Shown: positions 26,814 to 38,978, counted from the first letter of the stretch. The stretch: DNA of 64,000 nt from Octopus sinensis (GCF_006345805.1 NC_043005.1:73656001-73720000); one strand, 5' to 3'. The notes: generated by a model from the letters alone, not told the origin. Numbers and translations are program-made.

Positions 26814-27180
26814 TTTTACTTGTTCCAGTCATTTGACTGCGGCCATGCTGGGGTGCCACCCTCAACAGCTTTAAGGAATCGACCAAAGTACATTCTTCAT
26901 AGGCCTGGTACTTATTTAGTCGGTTTCTTTTGCCGCTAAGTTACGGAGACAAGCATAGGTACAGACACGCACACGTACAAACACACAGACACACACACAC
27001 ACATATGTATATATGTATGTATATGCAACAGGCTTCCATCAGTTTTCGTCTACCAAATCCACTTACAATTTTTGGTCGGCCCAAGGTTACAGTAGGAAGC
27101 ACTTGCCCAAAACGTCACGCAGTGAGACTGAACCTGAACTTATGTGGCTGAGAAGCAAACATCTTGCCATGCCTGCGCCG
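26814..27180 (-). mobile_element. Diverged CORE-type SINE
   Basis: CAGTCATTTGACTG tail hairpin, GCACTTGCCCAA core. Confidence 0.8.
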
Positions 27181-27339
27181 CTGTATGCATATTTTTCTTC
27201 TTTTTAATTCAATAAATTTTGGGGCTCATGTAAATATGATATTTGTATGAAGCCTGACTGTGCTTGTCTATCTTACTACCGCTCTCTCTTTCTCTCTGTC
27301 GCCTTTCTTTCTCTCTGTCGCCTTTCTTTCTCTCTCTCG

Positions 27340-27381
<42 letters not shown>

Positions 27382-28049
27382 CACGCACTCTCTCTCACAC
27401 ATTCTCTCTCCTTCACTTTCAATATTTATATGATAGTGTAAGAGATAGTGAAGATCAGAATGAAAGCTAATGTGTGTGCATGTGTGTGTGCGTGTGTGTG
27501 TGTGTTTGTGTGTGTGCGTGTGTATGTGTGTGTGTGTGTGAGTGTGTGTATGTGTGTGTGTGTGTATGTGTGTGACTCTGTGTGTTGTGTGTGTGTGTGT
27601 GTGGTGTGTGTGTTTCTGTGTACAGTACGTATTACGTGACAGAAATAAAAGATGGCAGCAAAATTTCACCGGCAGTAATTATATGTATATACGTGTTTCA
27701 ATATCTATTACGTTGACACTATGAAACACTCAGTCGTTTACATGTCAATTTAAGTTAATTTAACCACGTATAGTTCCGCCGATCGAACAACATACTGCTC
27801 ATCGTCGTAAATAACTGGCTATCCGCTTCTCTGTTGTTCCTAGCGGCTTCAAGGTCATTCTTCATACAAAGGTAAGATTGCATTTAAATTCCGTCACATA
27901 CATCAAGCTTTAATTAACCTTACAGTCTATTGCCTTCAAACTCCATTCTATTCTTCATCTCGTAGCCATTCTAAATGTATTTTGTTCTTTTACAAATCCA
28001 TTTAATTCTCATTTTACCTCTATCTTTTCTTTTTATCTATTGATCCATC

Positions 28050-28052
28050 TAC

Positions 28053-28114
<62 letters not shown>
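28050..28114. repeat. (TCTA)n, left flank of RTE insertion
   Basis: Pure tetranucleotide tract; continues at 31293-31346. Confidence 0.95.
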
Positions 28115-28123
28115 CCCTTCCAA

Positions 28124-28195
28124 AGCCCAACCGTTCTCCTCACCGTAGAGCTGGGGGTGACAACGGCATATGGTAAGTATGCTGACTAAACGGCT
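28124..28195 (+). ncRNA. Candidate HDV-like self-cleaving ribozyme at the RTE 5' end
   Basis: P4 CGGCATA/TATGCTG (7 bp), J4/2 ACUAA (C at 28186), P2 CCGT/ACGG, L3 UCCUCACC, GG for P1.1. P1 (AGCCC/GAGCT) and P3 each carry a mismatch. Confidence 0.45.
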
Positions 28196-28321
28196 CTGGC
28201 CTGGGGAAAGACCTGGCCACCTACCCCAGTATCCTGGCCAATATACTCTATGGATCAAAAGTGTAAGAATTCTAATATGATGGTACCAAACAGTGGGATC
28301 CCCGGGCAGTGAGATACCACA

Positions 28322-31270
28322 TTGGCTACTGAGGAAGAGCACAAGGATAATCATAGTAGCGGCAGTATTGATGACGCGGATGGGACAAATCCTTCTGGAC
28401 ACCTGCCTGCTGATGTAGCCACCAGCGAACTGAGATCCCTGCGCTGCACAAAAGTCACAAAAATTGGAACATGGAACGTAAGGGGGATGAACATTGGGAA
28501 GTTGGACACCATCAAGAAGGAAATGTATCGGTTAAACATCGATATCCTGGGAGTCAGCGAAGTTCATTGGACTGGCAATGGTTTCTTCAACTCTGGTGAT
28601 CATACAATGTAATTTTCGGGCAATAGTAAGACCAGACAACATGGAGTGGGATTTGTTCTATACAAGAAAATATCCAAGTGCGTTAAAAGTTACCAGACCA
28701 TGAGTGATCGAGTGATTACCATTCTCATCAAAGCCAAACCCAACAACATCACATTGCTACAAATCTACGCACCAACTGCCGAAGCTGAAGAAGATGAGAT
28801 TGAACAATTCTATGCAGAAATTCAGGGCGCAATCGAGGAAACATCACGAGCAGATGCTGTTGTGTATATTCTGGGAGATTTCAATGCCAAAATTGGAGAA
28901 ATGGCAGAAGCAGACATCGTTGGCAAATTTGGATTAGGAGAACGGAATGAAGCAGGAGATCGGCTGGTCCAATTTTGTCAAGAACAACACATGCGGTTAA
29001 CCAATACTTGGTTTCGGCAACCAAGAAGAAGGTTATACACCTGGACGTCGCCAAGTGGACAGTACCGCAATCAAATCGACAACATCCTATGTCAGCAACG
29101 GTGGAAGAGTTCAGTCCAAGCTGTGAAGACGTTCCCTGGGGCAGACTGTGGATCTGACCATGAACTTCTGGTTGCCAAGATCAAGATGCGACTTTGCAGC
29201 GTTAAGCGACCACCCGCTTACCAGAAATTTGATACCAGCAAGATCGGTCCATCATATGCCGCTGAGATCAGAAACCGTTTCGAACTGCTCGCCATCGAAG
29301 AGAATCAAGAAGCAGAAGAAATATTGGAGAAGGTGAAGGAAATTGTCGTTGAAACAGCAGAGAAACATGTACTGTACAAGAAACCCATACGATCAGCAAA
29401 GTGGATTTCGGAGGAGACTATTGCAATAGCAGAAGAAAGAAGGAGAGCAAAGATGACCAGAAGCAGGGATGAAGTACGACGCCTGAATGCAATGTTCCAA
29501 CAGGCCGCCAGGAAGGACAAAGAGAAATATTGGAATGAGGGATGTGCAAGGGCAGAGGAGGCATACAGGAAAGGGAACATGAGAGAACTTTATCAACATG
29601 TAAAGAAGACCCGTACAGTATTCATGGCCAGACAAGCAACCATCCGAGGGAGAAATAGTGAAGAACTGCATGACCAAGAAGGGATCAGGAAAATATGGAA
29701 AGAGTACACTGAATAGTTGTATGCAGGAAACGACCTCGATGAACAGGCAGAAGAGAAGCCACTGGAACTGGAACTGGAGCCAGACATCCTGGACGATGAG
29801 GTGGTATGGGCAATGAAACAGCTGGCCAACCGAAAAGCCCCAGGTACTGATGGTATTCCACCAGAATTACTCAAGCCAATACCAACAAAAACACTAGCAT
29901 CGCTTTGCCAACGAATATGGAGAACCTGTAAGTGGCCAAGGGAATGGAAGAGGTCAGTTTTCATCACAATACCAAAGAAAAGAGATACCAAGGACTGCGC
30001 AAACTACCGTACCATCACCCTGGTCCACCCCCACCCCTGTAAGCAAAATTCTCCTTAAACCCAACTATTGAGAGAGAATTGCCAGAGGTGCAAGCTGGTT
30101 TCAGAAAGGGAAGAGGCACCCGCGATCACATCGCCAACCTACGGTGGATTATGGAAAAGGCAAGAGAATACCAAAAGAAGCTGTACATGTTTCATCGATT
30201 ACTCCAAAGCCTTTGACAGCATTGATCATGACAAGTTATGGAAATGTCTGGAGGAAATGGGAACACCTTTACACCTTGTCCAGCTTATTAGATCACTCTA
30301 TCAAAACCAACAGGCTACAGTACGGACACAATATGGCGACACTGATTGGTTTGAGATTGGAAAAGGCACTCGGCAAGGTTGCATCCTGTCACCAGCAGCC
30401 TTCAACACGTACGCTGAAAAGGTCATGAGGAATGCCGGCCTGGAGGATAGCAGCATTGGAGTGAGGATTGGAGGAAGAAATATTAATAACCTTCGCTATG
30501 CAGATGATACAACCCTGCAGGCAGAGAGTGATAAGGATCTGGAGGATCTTATCCTGCTGGTCAAGAAAGAGAGGGAGAAATTTGGGCTGTATCTCAATGT
30601 TAAGAAAACGAAGATCATGTCAACATCAGCCACAACAAACATCAGCATCAAGATCGATAATGAAGCGATTGAAGTGGTTGATGATTTCATCTTCCTTGGC
30701 TCCAAAATAAATCGAGATGGCGACTGCACTCCAGAAATAAGACGGTGGATAGTACTAGGCAGAGAGGCAATGGTCAGCATGAGCAGGGTCTGGAAGAGTA
30801 GATACATCAGACTCGCTACCAAATGCAGATTGGTGAATGCAATTGTCTTCCCAATAGCAACATATGGATGCGAGACCTGGACACTAAAGAAAGCTGACCA
30901 GAAGAGAATTAATGCATTCGAGCTTTGGTGATGGAGAAGACTTTTACGGATTCCATGGACAGCGAGGCTCACCAATGGAGAAGTCCTTAAGCAGATAAGG
31001 CCGAAAATGTCGCTAGAAGCTTGAATCACCAAGCATAGATTGGCATATTTCGGTCATATTATGCGGAGAAAATCCCTGGAGAAGGACATCATGCTCGGAA
31101 TGGTCAGTGGCAAGAGAGGAAGAAACCGACCAAGAACCCGCTGGCTTGACACCATCAAGAGTGATACCGGAATGGACATAACCAGTCTGAAAGAAGCGGT
31201 CCAGGATAGAACTGACTGGAGGACACTGATCCAACGAGTGACCGAGAGTCGACTACGACTGAGCGGTTAG
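28322..31270 (+). pseudogene. RTE ORF: apurinic-like endonuclease + reverse transcriptase, inactivated
   Basis: IGTWNVR, ILGVSE, IYAPT, GDFNAKIG, SDH (APE); CFIDYSKAFDS, RQGCILSP, RYADDT at 30497 (RT); C-terminal AYFGHIMRR..RPRTRWLD. Premature stops near 28610, 29714, 30929 and 31023; frameshifts in 30020-30190. Confidence 0.93.
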
Positions 31271-31292
31271 AAGAAGAAGAAGAAGAAGAAGA

Positions 31293-31345
<53 letters not shown>

Positions 31346-31347
<2 letters not shown>

Positions 31348-31353
31348 AATATA

Positions 31354-31441
<88 letters not shown>

Positions 31442-31632
31442 AAATTTACAAAGAAACAAAAGACGAAGAAGGGTGTGTAAACAGCAAACTGATGTATTAG
31501 TTTAACGCTCGGGAAGTGAGAAACTCTTTTACGTTTCGAGCCTACGCTTTTCGACAGAGAGGAACACAGAAATAAACAGGGAGAGAAAATACAAAAGGTT
31601 TAGTGGCTAGAGGTCTATCATATATATGCATA

Positions 31633-31698
<66 letters not shown>

Positions 31699-31711
31699 AT
31701 ATATATATATG

Positions 31712-31760
<49 letters not shown>

Positions 31761-31797
31761 GTATATATATATATGTATATATATATATATTAATATA

Positions 31798-31838
<41 letters not shown>

Positions 31839-31906
31839 TATATATATACATATTTATATGTCTATACTTATATATACATGTATATGTTTATACGTATATA
31901 TGTATG

Positions 31907-31970
<64 letters not shown>
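31346..31970. repeat. (TA)n/(TG)n microsatellite block surrounding family P copy 1
   Basis: Long TA tracts at about 31365-31436 and 31620-31970. Confidence 0.9.
31437..31620 (-). mobile_element. Short PLE-terminal-like element (family P, copy 1) abutting (TA)n
   Basis: Homologous to 32919-33105 and 50485-50660; all three start at the same point next to (TA)n and share GATGTATTAGT..ACGTTTCGAGCCTACGC. Confidence 0.7.
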
Positions 31971-31973
<3 letters not shown>

Positions 31974-32241
31974 TAGAAGAAATGAGGTAATCAGATCGGA
32001 TGGTTCATATTTATAGATATTTATTTATATATTACATTTTTTACATATATATATATCATATCATTCAGATCATATCATTCGGATTATTAGCGCTTTCTCC
32101 CATTCCAGTGGGGTTTTCAAATCAAATTTGATTGATATGATATATATGAATGATATGATATATATATGTAAAAAATGTAATATATAAATAAATATCTATA
32201 AATATGAACCATTCGATCTGATTACCTCATTTCTTCTAATA
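31971..32241. repeat. Fold-back inverted repeat (about 96-bp arms)
   Basis: 31971-32066 vs 32146-32241: one substitution and one TA-length difference; spacer about 80 nt. Confidence 0.9.
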
Positions 32242-32745
32242 TATAATACCTGTACATCATCTCCAAACCTTCCAATATATATATGTATATACACATATAT
32301 ATACATATACATACATATAGTTGTATATACATATATATGTATATTCAGGTTTATATAAAATAGTGTACATTTAAACACAAACAGCCTTTAACAAGCAGTT
32401 TTACACGCTAGAAGAAGCAGACGAAATGATCAAAACCACATTTAAGAACAATTTCGAAGGGAATGAAAAATAAGAAAAGACCTTTACCTTGTTATTTTTT
32501 ACGATCATATCTAGATTTCGAATATTATTTAGCAAATAAAATAATTTGCTAGCCGAAATTCTCATCAGTAACCGCGCCATAACATTAACATATCATTTAG
32601 AGACATATAATACGTGTCACATCATGATATATTATAATTTTTCAAATTCACTGCGCACGCGCTGTTTCAGTCGGCACCAAATGAAAGACATGCCGAACTA
32701 ATCTTCTGAAAATTCTAAAACATATCCGTAACATATATAGGGCAA

Positions 32746-32875
32746 CGAGTTTTTTAGAAACTTCACTACCAGCGGCCTAGCATGTATAAAAAAAACTCAA
32801 TAAACAGCAAATTGTTGTCTACTGCCTCTTTTATACATGCTAGGCCACTAGTAGTGAAGTTTCTAAAAAAACTCG
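32746..32875. repeat. Inverted repeat (46-bp arms, 2 mismatches)
   Basis: CGAGTTTTTTAGAAACTTCACTACCAGCGGCCTAGCATGTATAAAA and its complement; arm also homologous to 41953-41985. Confidence 0.88.
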
Positions 32876-32918
32876 GTACCCTATATATTTTACGCATGTA
32901 TATATATATATATATATA

Positions 32919-33104
32919 CAGTTGAAATTTATATAAAAAAACAAAACACGAAGACAGGTGTATAATCAACAAACAAATGTATTAGTTTAACGATCGGGAA
33001 GGTGAGAAAATATTTTACGTTTCGAGCCTACGCTTTTCAACGGAAAAAAACAAGATGAAATAAACAGAGAGAGAATAAAAAATCTCTTGGAGCTAGCGGT
33101 GAAT

Positions 33105-33105
<1 letters not shown>
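32919..33105 (-). mobile_element. Short PLE-terminal-like element (family P, copy 2)
   Basis: Homologous to 31437-31620; flanked by (TA)n and (CA)n. Confidence 0.7.
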
Positions 33106-33195
<90 letters not shown>

Positions 33196-33289
33196 GTATG
33201 TATATATATATATATATATATACTTTACACTTTGATAGGCTTCGGTCAGTATTGGCCCAGATCATGTCCAACTGAATAGCACCACCTCG

Positions 33290-34690
33290 CAAGGTCATTC
33301 ACTACAAGCAAATAGATTCTAAACAAAACTTACTATTCTCCTCATACTATCTCAAACAGAAGAAGAAGAATCACCCAAACAGAAGAAGAAGAATATCCCC
33401 TTCAATCTAGCAAGAAGAATCTGTACAACTGTCTCAAGCTCTGAAACTTGCAATAAAAAACTCCAGGAACTAAAGCAAGAAGCATGTACTACTTATAAGA
33501 CAATATCCATTAATGCTAATAGACAAGGGAATATAACGTGCCAAAGTAAAAACACTCCAGTTACACCCAATAATCTACCTTTTATTACAACACACAACCC
33601 AAGAAACACGGTGGTTTATAATATTATCCACCAGAACATCCGACTACTAATACAAGACTCAAGAATAAAACAAGCATTCGAAATACACAAACTCATCAAA
33701 AGTAAAAGAGAATCAAAATCCCTCAAAAATTCCTCACAAGCGTTAAATTACATTTCCTACACGAATACTCGAAAAATGTCGCCGCCCCAATTGCGGGACC
33801 TGTATCAACCTTATTGTAGACATAACATAAAAATTCAAATCAAGACAGACTTTTACCGTAAAAACTCACTTTACATGTTCTTCAAAAATCTAATATACGC
33901 TATCAAATGTCAATGATGTAATCAAGATTACGTAGGTCAAACAAAGCTTCCTCTCAGAAATAGACTAACCATTCACCGACAACAAATACGAAACTCTAGT
34001 ACTGGACGGGTCCCACAGAATGGTCACATGAACATATATGCAAAAAATAAATCTCACAAATTCCAGGTCTTCCCACTCTACCTGTGATCAGCGAATACCA
34101 CAGATGAAGCAAGGATAAATAAAGAAAATACTTTCATACAAAAGTACAAATCAAGACTTGATAAACTTTAACAGAATATATTCACAAATAACTATCCACA
34201 CATAAAATTCATTCTGCCACTTCTCATGAGGAAGCTACAAACTAACAACCTGAATTTTAACCATTGGACTACAAACTCCTCTCCTATCAGACAGATTAGA
34301 TTTGGACTGTCTTGATTATAACTAAAGATGTTCACTCATTTTAGGCGCAAAATATACTGCCACGTGACACTAACGCATTGACGGAGCGGGAAACGTACAA
34401 AAGTTTCTAAGAGCGGGGAACCTGCAAAAGTTTCTAAGACCAGTGATGTGATTATCCACTACCAATCAAATTCTATTGAATTTGCGCCATGAACTCCCTA
34501 TAAAACAGGGGAAACTTCAAACGCTAGTTAGAAGCAAGACAGCTGCGAAATAAGCCACTTCTTTCTATTTGAACTTTTTGAAAATCAATGTCAACTGTGA
34601 AACCGGTTAAAGCTTTAAATATATTAATAAAAAATATTTTAACTATTCTCAGTGCCTTTTCAACTTGTATTTTTCCTATGCTTCTACCAA
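33290..34690 (+). pseudogene. Penelope-like element 3' half: RT thumb, Cys linker, GIY-YIG endonuclease, putative pLTR
   Basis: IPFNLARRICT, LPFITTHNP, KCRRPNCGTC (Neptune-like Cys linker), NLIYAIKCQ*CNQDYVGQT..RLTIHRQQIR, KENTFIQKY..DKL* (stop 34169-34171); downstream CCAAT and CTATAAAA at about 34460-34505. Confidence 0.85.
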
Positions 34691-34771
34691 TGTGGAATAA
34701 AAATAACTTTGTTTTCACTCTCTCTCTCTCTCTCTCTCTCTCACTCCTCTCTCTCTCTCTCTCTTTATCTC

Positions 34772-34831
<60 letters not shown>

Positions 34832-34847
34832 CATACATATATATATT

Positions 34848-35045
34848 ATTTTACTTGTTTCAGTCATTTTACTGCGGTCATGCTGGAGCACCGCCTTTAG
34901 TCGAACAATTCGACCCCAGGGCTTATTATTTGTAAGCCTAGTATTTATTCTATCGGTCTCTTTTACTGCTAAGTTACGGGGACGTAAACACACCAACAGC
35001 TGTTGTCAAACGTTTGTGTTGGGGGACAAACACAGACACACAAAC

Positions 35046-35077
<32 letters not shown>

Positions 35078-35394
35078 GAGGGGCCTCGTTGAGTTTCCGT
35101 CCACCAAATCCACACGCAAGGCTTTGATCGGCCTGAGGCTATAGCAGAAGACACTTGCCCAAGGTTCCACAAAGTGGGACTGAACCTAGAACCATGTGGT
35201 TGGGAAGCAAGCTTCTTACCACAGCGATGCGTACTCATATATAAACGACAGGCTTCTTTCATATCTACCAAATCCACTGACAAGACTTTAGTAGGGCTGA
35301 GGCCATAGTAGAAGACACTTGCCCAAGGTAGCACGCAGTGGAACTGAACCCGAAACCATGTTGCTGAGAAGAATGCTTCTTACCACACAGCCAC
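34848..35394 (-). mobile_element. CORE-type SINE plus an adjacent second 5' half
   Basis: Tail at 34848; two GAAGACACTTGCCCAAGG cores (about 35148 and 35311), each with its own head. Confidence 0.85.
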
Positions 35395-35689
35395 AATATT
35401 TTTTCTCTTATTTGTTACAAACAATGTAAATATGTGTGTTTATTTCTCTATGTACAAACATGTGTGTATGTTGTTTTTTTATATGCTTTCATATGTGTAT
35501 GAGCGCTCGTGTATATGAGTTTTTATGTTCTCTATTCCGTAATGATTGCCAAATCTAATCACAGTCACTTAATGTTGTTGTTTTTTTGTTTTCTTTTCAA
35601 ACGTTCGTTAATTTTTAAGTTTTAGATATTATCAGGTTAAACATTTCCAGGTTTTTTGCAATATCATCACCATCAATATTAACTGTTTT

Positions 35690-36126
35690 GTATATGCATG
35701 TGTATGAAATTGTGTTTGTGTGATTGTATGGGTATACACGTGTGTGTCTATGTGGAGACTGTTCATGTGTGTGACTCTGTGTAGCTGTGAGTGTGTGTGG
35801 ATGTTTGTGTGTGTGTATGATTAATTATATATGTTGCTGTGTGTGTGTGTGTGTGTAGTTGCTTGTGTATGTGTGACTGTGTGTATATGTGGCTGTGAGC
35901 ATGTGTGGTTGTTGGTGTGTTGTTATGAGTGTGTATGTGGCCGTGAATGTGTAAGTATTTATTTGTGTGTCTGTGGTTTGTATGCGTGCCTTGCCGTATG
36001 TGTGTGAATGTGATTGTGAGCGTATGTGTGGTTGTATGTATGAGTGTTTCTGATTATGTATGTATGACTGTAAGTGTGTGGTTGCTTGTGTATGTGAGTG
36101 TGAGTGTTTGTGTGTGTGTGTGTGTG

Positions 36127-36157
<31 letters not shown>

Positions 36158-36450
36158 GAGGGACTGATTTTTTTAGAGAGATAAAGAGATACAGAGAAAG
36201 CGTATATACTTAGATTACTAGATATCGTTTTGTATACGTACAAATATGCCTGTGCATATTTCTGACTGTGCGATTTTTCGTGTATAACATTATGTCTACC
36301 ATTCTGTGTAAGAGTCTGAATCTCCTCATGTTTGTATGTATTTATGTTCATTTATAAGTGTATGTGTGTGCACGTGTGCGAGTGTGTATGTATGTGTGTA
36401 TGCATGCTTGTGTTTATGTCTGTGTGTGTGTGTGTGTCTATGTGTTTCGG
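35690..36450. repeat. Degenerate (TG)n-rich tract
   Basis: Interrupted TG repeats; source of the CV/HT-rich ORFs. Confidence 0.85.
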
Positions 36451-37286
36451 CAGTTGTTGCCTCTTTATCATGAACTGTCATTTACGGCTGTATATTAATC
36501 ATAACTTAACGCTCATATCTGCTGCATCTGCTGTCAGAAGCTCTAACATAACAACATAGACGTGTTAAGAATTTGTTAAGAACGAGTTTGTTGAGTGAAA
36601 GCTATTATAATTTCTCTCGCCTTCTCTCTCTCCCCCTCTCTTTCCTTCCTCCTCTCACTCTCTATTTTTTTAAGTGTCGCTACTAATATCATGATCCCTT
36701 GATTTGTTGTTTCCTTGCAGTAACTAATTGATCGAATTATCGATATCAAAAACATTTTTTTTTCTGCGGCAGCCTTTCCTAAACCCGTCTTTATATTCAG
36801 ACATTGTATATCTAGGACTATATTATTCTTTATGCATGACAGTATGTTCTGATAAATAGATAATTGACTGTTATTTCTAGTAAGTGCAATGACTCCGTAT
36901 AAATTTCCTTTATGTCAAGCGACACTCAAGTTGTTTCAAGCCTATGCTATTGTAAATCCATCGACGTTCATTTTTCTTTCGATATATACACTACACAGTA
37001 TCCTTAAAGGGGGCCAAGGAGCTTCTTGATACTGAGACCTAGTTTCCATTCAAATCTGCCCAGTGTAATGCCGGCCCAGTTTAATGTCAACACAGCAATC
37101 AGCAGCGCTAGTATTGTAAACATCATCGAACGCACATACTCAGTGTATGTGCTTCGCTTGTTTGCCCGTCAGCTGCGATTTGATGAGGTGGAGTTGACTC
37201 TCAAACACATAACAGTCATAGACAGTCGAGACAACACACCCTGAGCCCCATTCAAGACCGATGAGCATCGATCCTTTGCCATTTTT

Positions 37287-37509
37287 TGTGGCTTATCAAT
37301 ATCATGTAGCTGAACCGAACCGGAGGCAAATTGAAAAGCCTTCCCATGACTAAATGTACGATGGTGTAAAAACCATTTGCTGGTATGCCCGAACGATGCC
37401 TACGTAGAAATAAATTCAAATATAAATTAGACATATAAAATTTACATAGTCATGAATAGGCTATTCAATTTCTCTCCGGTTCAGCTCGGCTACATGCTTA
37501 TAAGCCACA
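37287..37509. repeat. Old imperfect inverted repeat (about 70-bp arms), MITE-like
   Basis: TGTGGCTTAT..CATGTAGC..GAACCGGAG..AAATTGAA.AGCCT..CATGACTA vs complement at 37443-37509, roughly three-quarters matched. Confidence 0.7.
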
Positions 37510-37672
37510 TACGTAGTGAAACATAAAGGGGACTCGGAGTAACTTGTTTCGCCTGTCTATGGCTTTCAGGTGTTTTAAAGCTCAGCACATTTCTACTACA
37601 TCAAATCGCAGCCTACTGGCAAACAGGCAGAGCTCATACATTGAGTATGCGTGTTCGATAATGTTCATATGA

Positions 37673-37704
<32 letters not shown>

Positions 37705-37709
<5 letters not shown>

Positions 37710-37911
37710 AAACAATTATTTCTCGACAAATATGCTACAAATTACGGCAAAGACACCAGAACTCTGAGAAATAGCATTAAAAGTGGACAACCTCACCAAC
37801 GCAACATACGCCAGAACACGTGGCAACATGAACACCCGTTTCACCACGAATCGAAGACGAACTACGGTAAGAACTCTTCCTTTTGTATGCAAACAAACAA
37901 AATAGATACTC

Positions 37912-37918
<7 letters not shown>
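37705..37918 (+). repeat. 214-bp direct copy of PLE ORF segment 38644-38859, flanked by (TA)n
   Basis: Identical apart from a 2-nt difference in the CCTTTT run. Confidence 0.92.
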
Positions 37919-37964
<46 letters not shown>

Positions 37965-38442
37965 TATGCAAATAAATAACAAGGATGTCCAGGTGTCAAT
38001 GCACTACGGCCGTTCCAAGCGGCTCAATTTAATTGATCAATGAAACATTATATCAGTTTCAATGATAGAAACAGCTTTCCTCAGAGTCAGATGACCATAT
38101 AGATTCCAACATAAAAGATAAGCTATTTTTAGCATTTATAGCAAGTTTATTTCAGTACTAGAAACCAAAATAATTACATAGTTTTTTTTTTGTCATGATT
38201 ATAGCAGAATGAATTCGGAGAATAATGCATATCTATTTAAGTTTACTATAATTTAGAGAGAAGTAGAGGAAAATAGAGAGGGTCAAGATATAGGAGTGGT
38301 GAGTTATTTATTTCTATTTTTATTTACAAGATTGTATGCAGCATATCGTCTACAAACACGTAGAATTCAATCCATTGGGAGTTGTCAGCTATGTTCCAGT
38401 TGATGGTGATAATTTAATTGTCAGACTACATACATACATATA

Positions 38443-38478
<36 letters not shown>

Positions 38479-38978
38479 CATATCTGTCTAAACAATCCCG
38501 TTACAAAGCAAAATATGAAGCTATCGATGATCAAATCAGAGACGAAATATCCCAACTAACGACCGGCAATATAGCAGAAAAAATGCGAGAACTATGGACC
38601 AGAGATATCTCAAAAGAAGAAGGCAGATCAAGAAAGTTTTGGCTGTTGAAACAATTATTTCTCGACAAATATGCTACAAATTACGGCAAAGACACCAGAA
38701 CTCTGAGAAATAGCATTAAAAGTGGACAACCTCACCAACGCAACATACGCCAGAACACGTGGCAACATGAACACCCGTTTCACCACGAATCGAAGACGAA
38801 CTACGGTAAGAACTCTTCCCTTTTTGTATGCAAACAAACAAAATAGATACTCCTCTGATCAGACCATTAGCAGTAGAAATAACAGGAGATCATTTTCAAG
38901 ACCTCAACAGAGATTACCCACAAGAAACTGGATAAAAAACCGATCTAGATCTGGAAGTAAACCCAGATCATTTCCCAG

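Larger units (their letters stand above)
28115..31292 (+). mobile_element. Near-full-length RTE (BovB-like) LINE
   Basis: 5' UTR with the BovB-like motif GGGGAAAGACCTGGCCACCTACCCCAGTATCCTGGCC; single APE-RT ORF; 3' hairpin AGTCG-ACTA-CGACT; (AGA)n tail; (TCTA)n on both sides. Confidence 0.95.

Noticed and set aside
29305-31032. Minus-strand ORFs up to 178 aa over the RTE (also 39857..40306 over the CR1)
   Set aside because: Antisense shadows of LINE coding frames.
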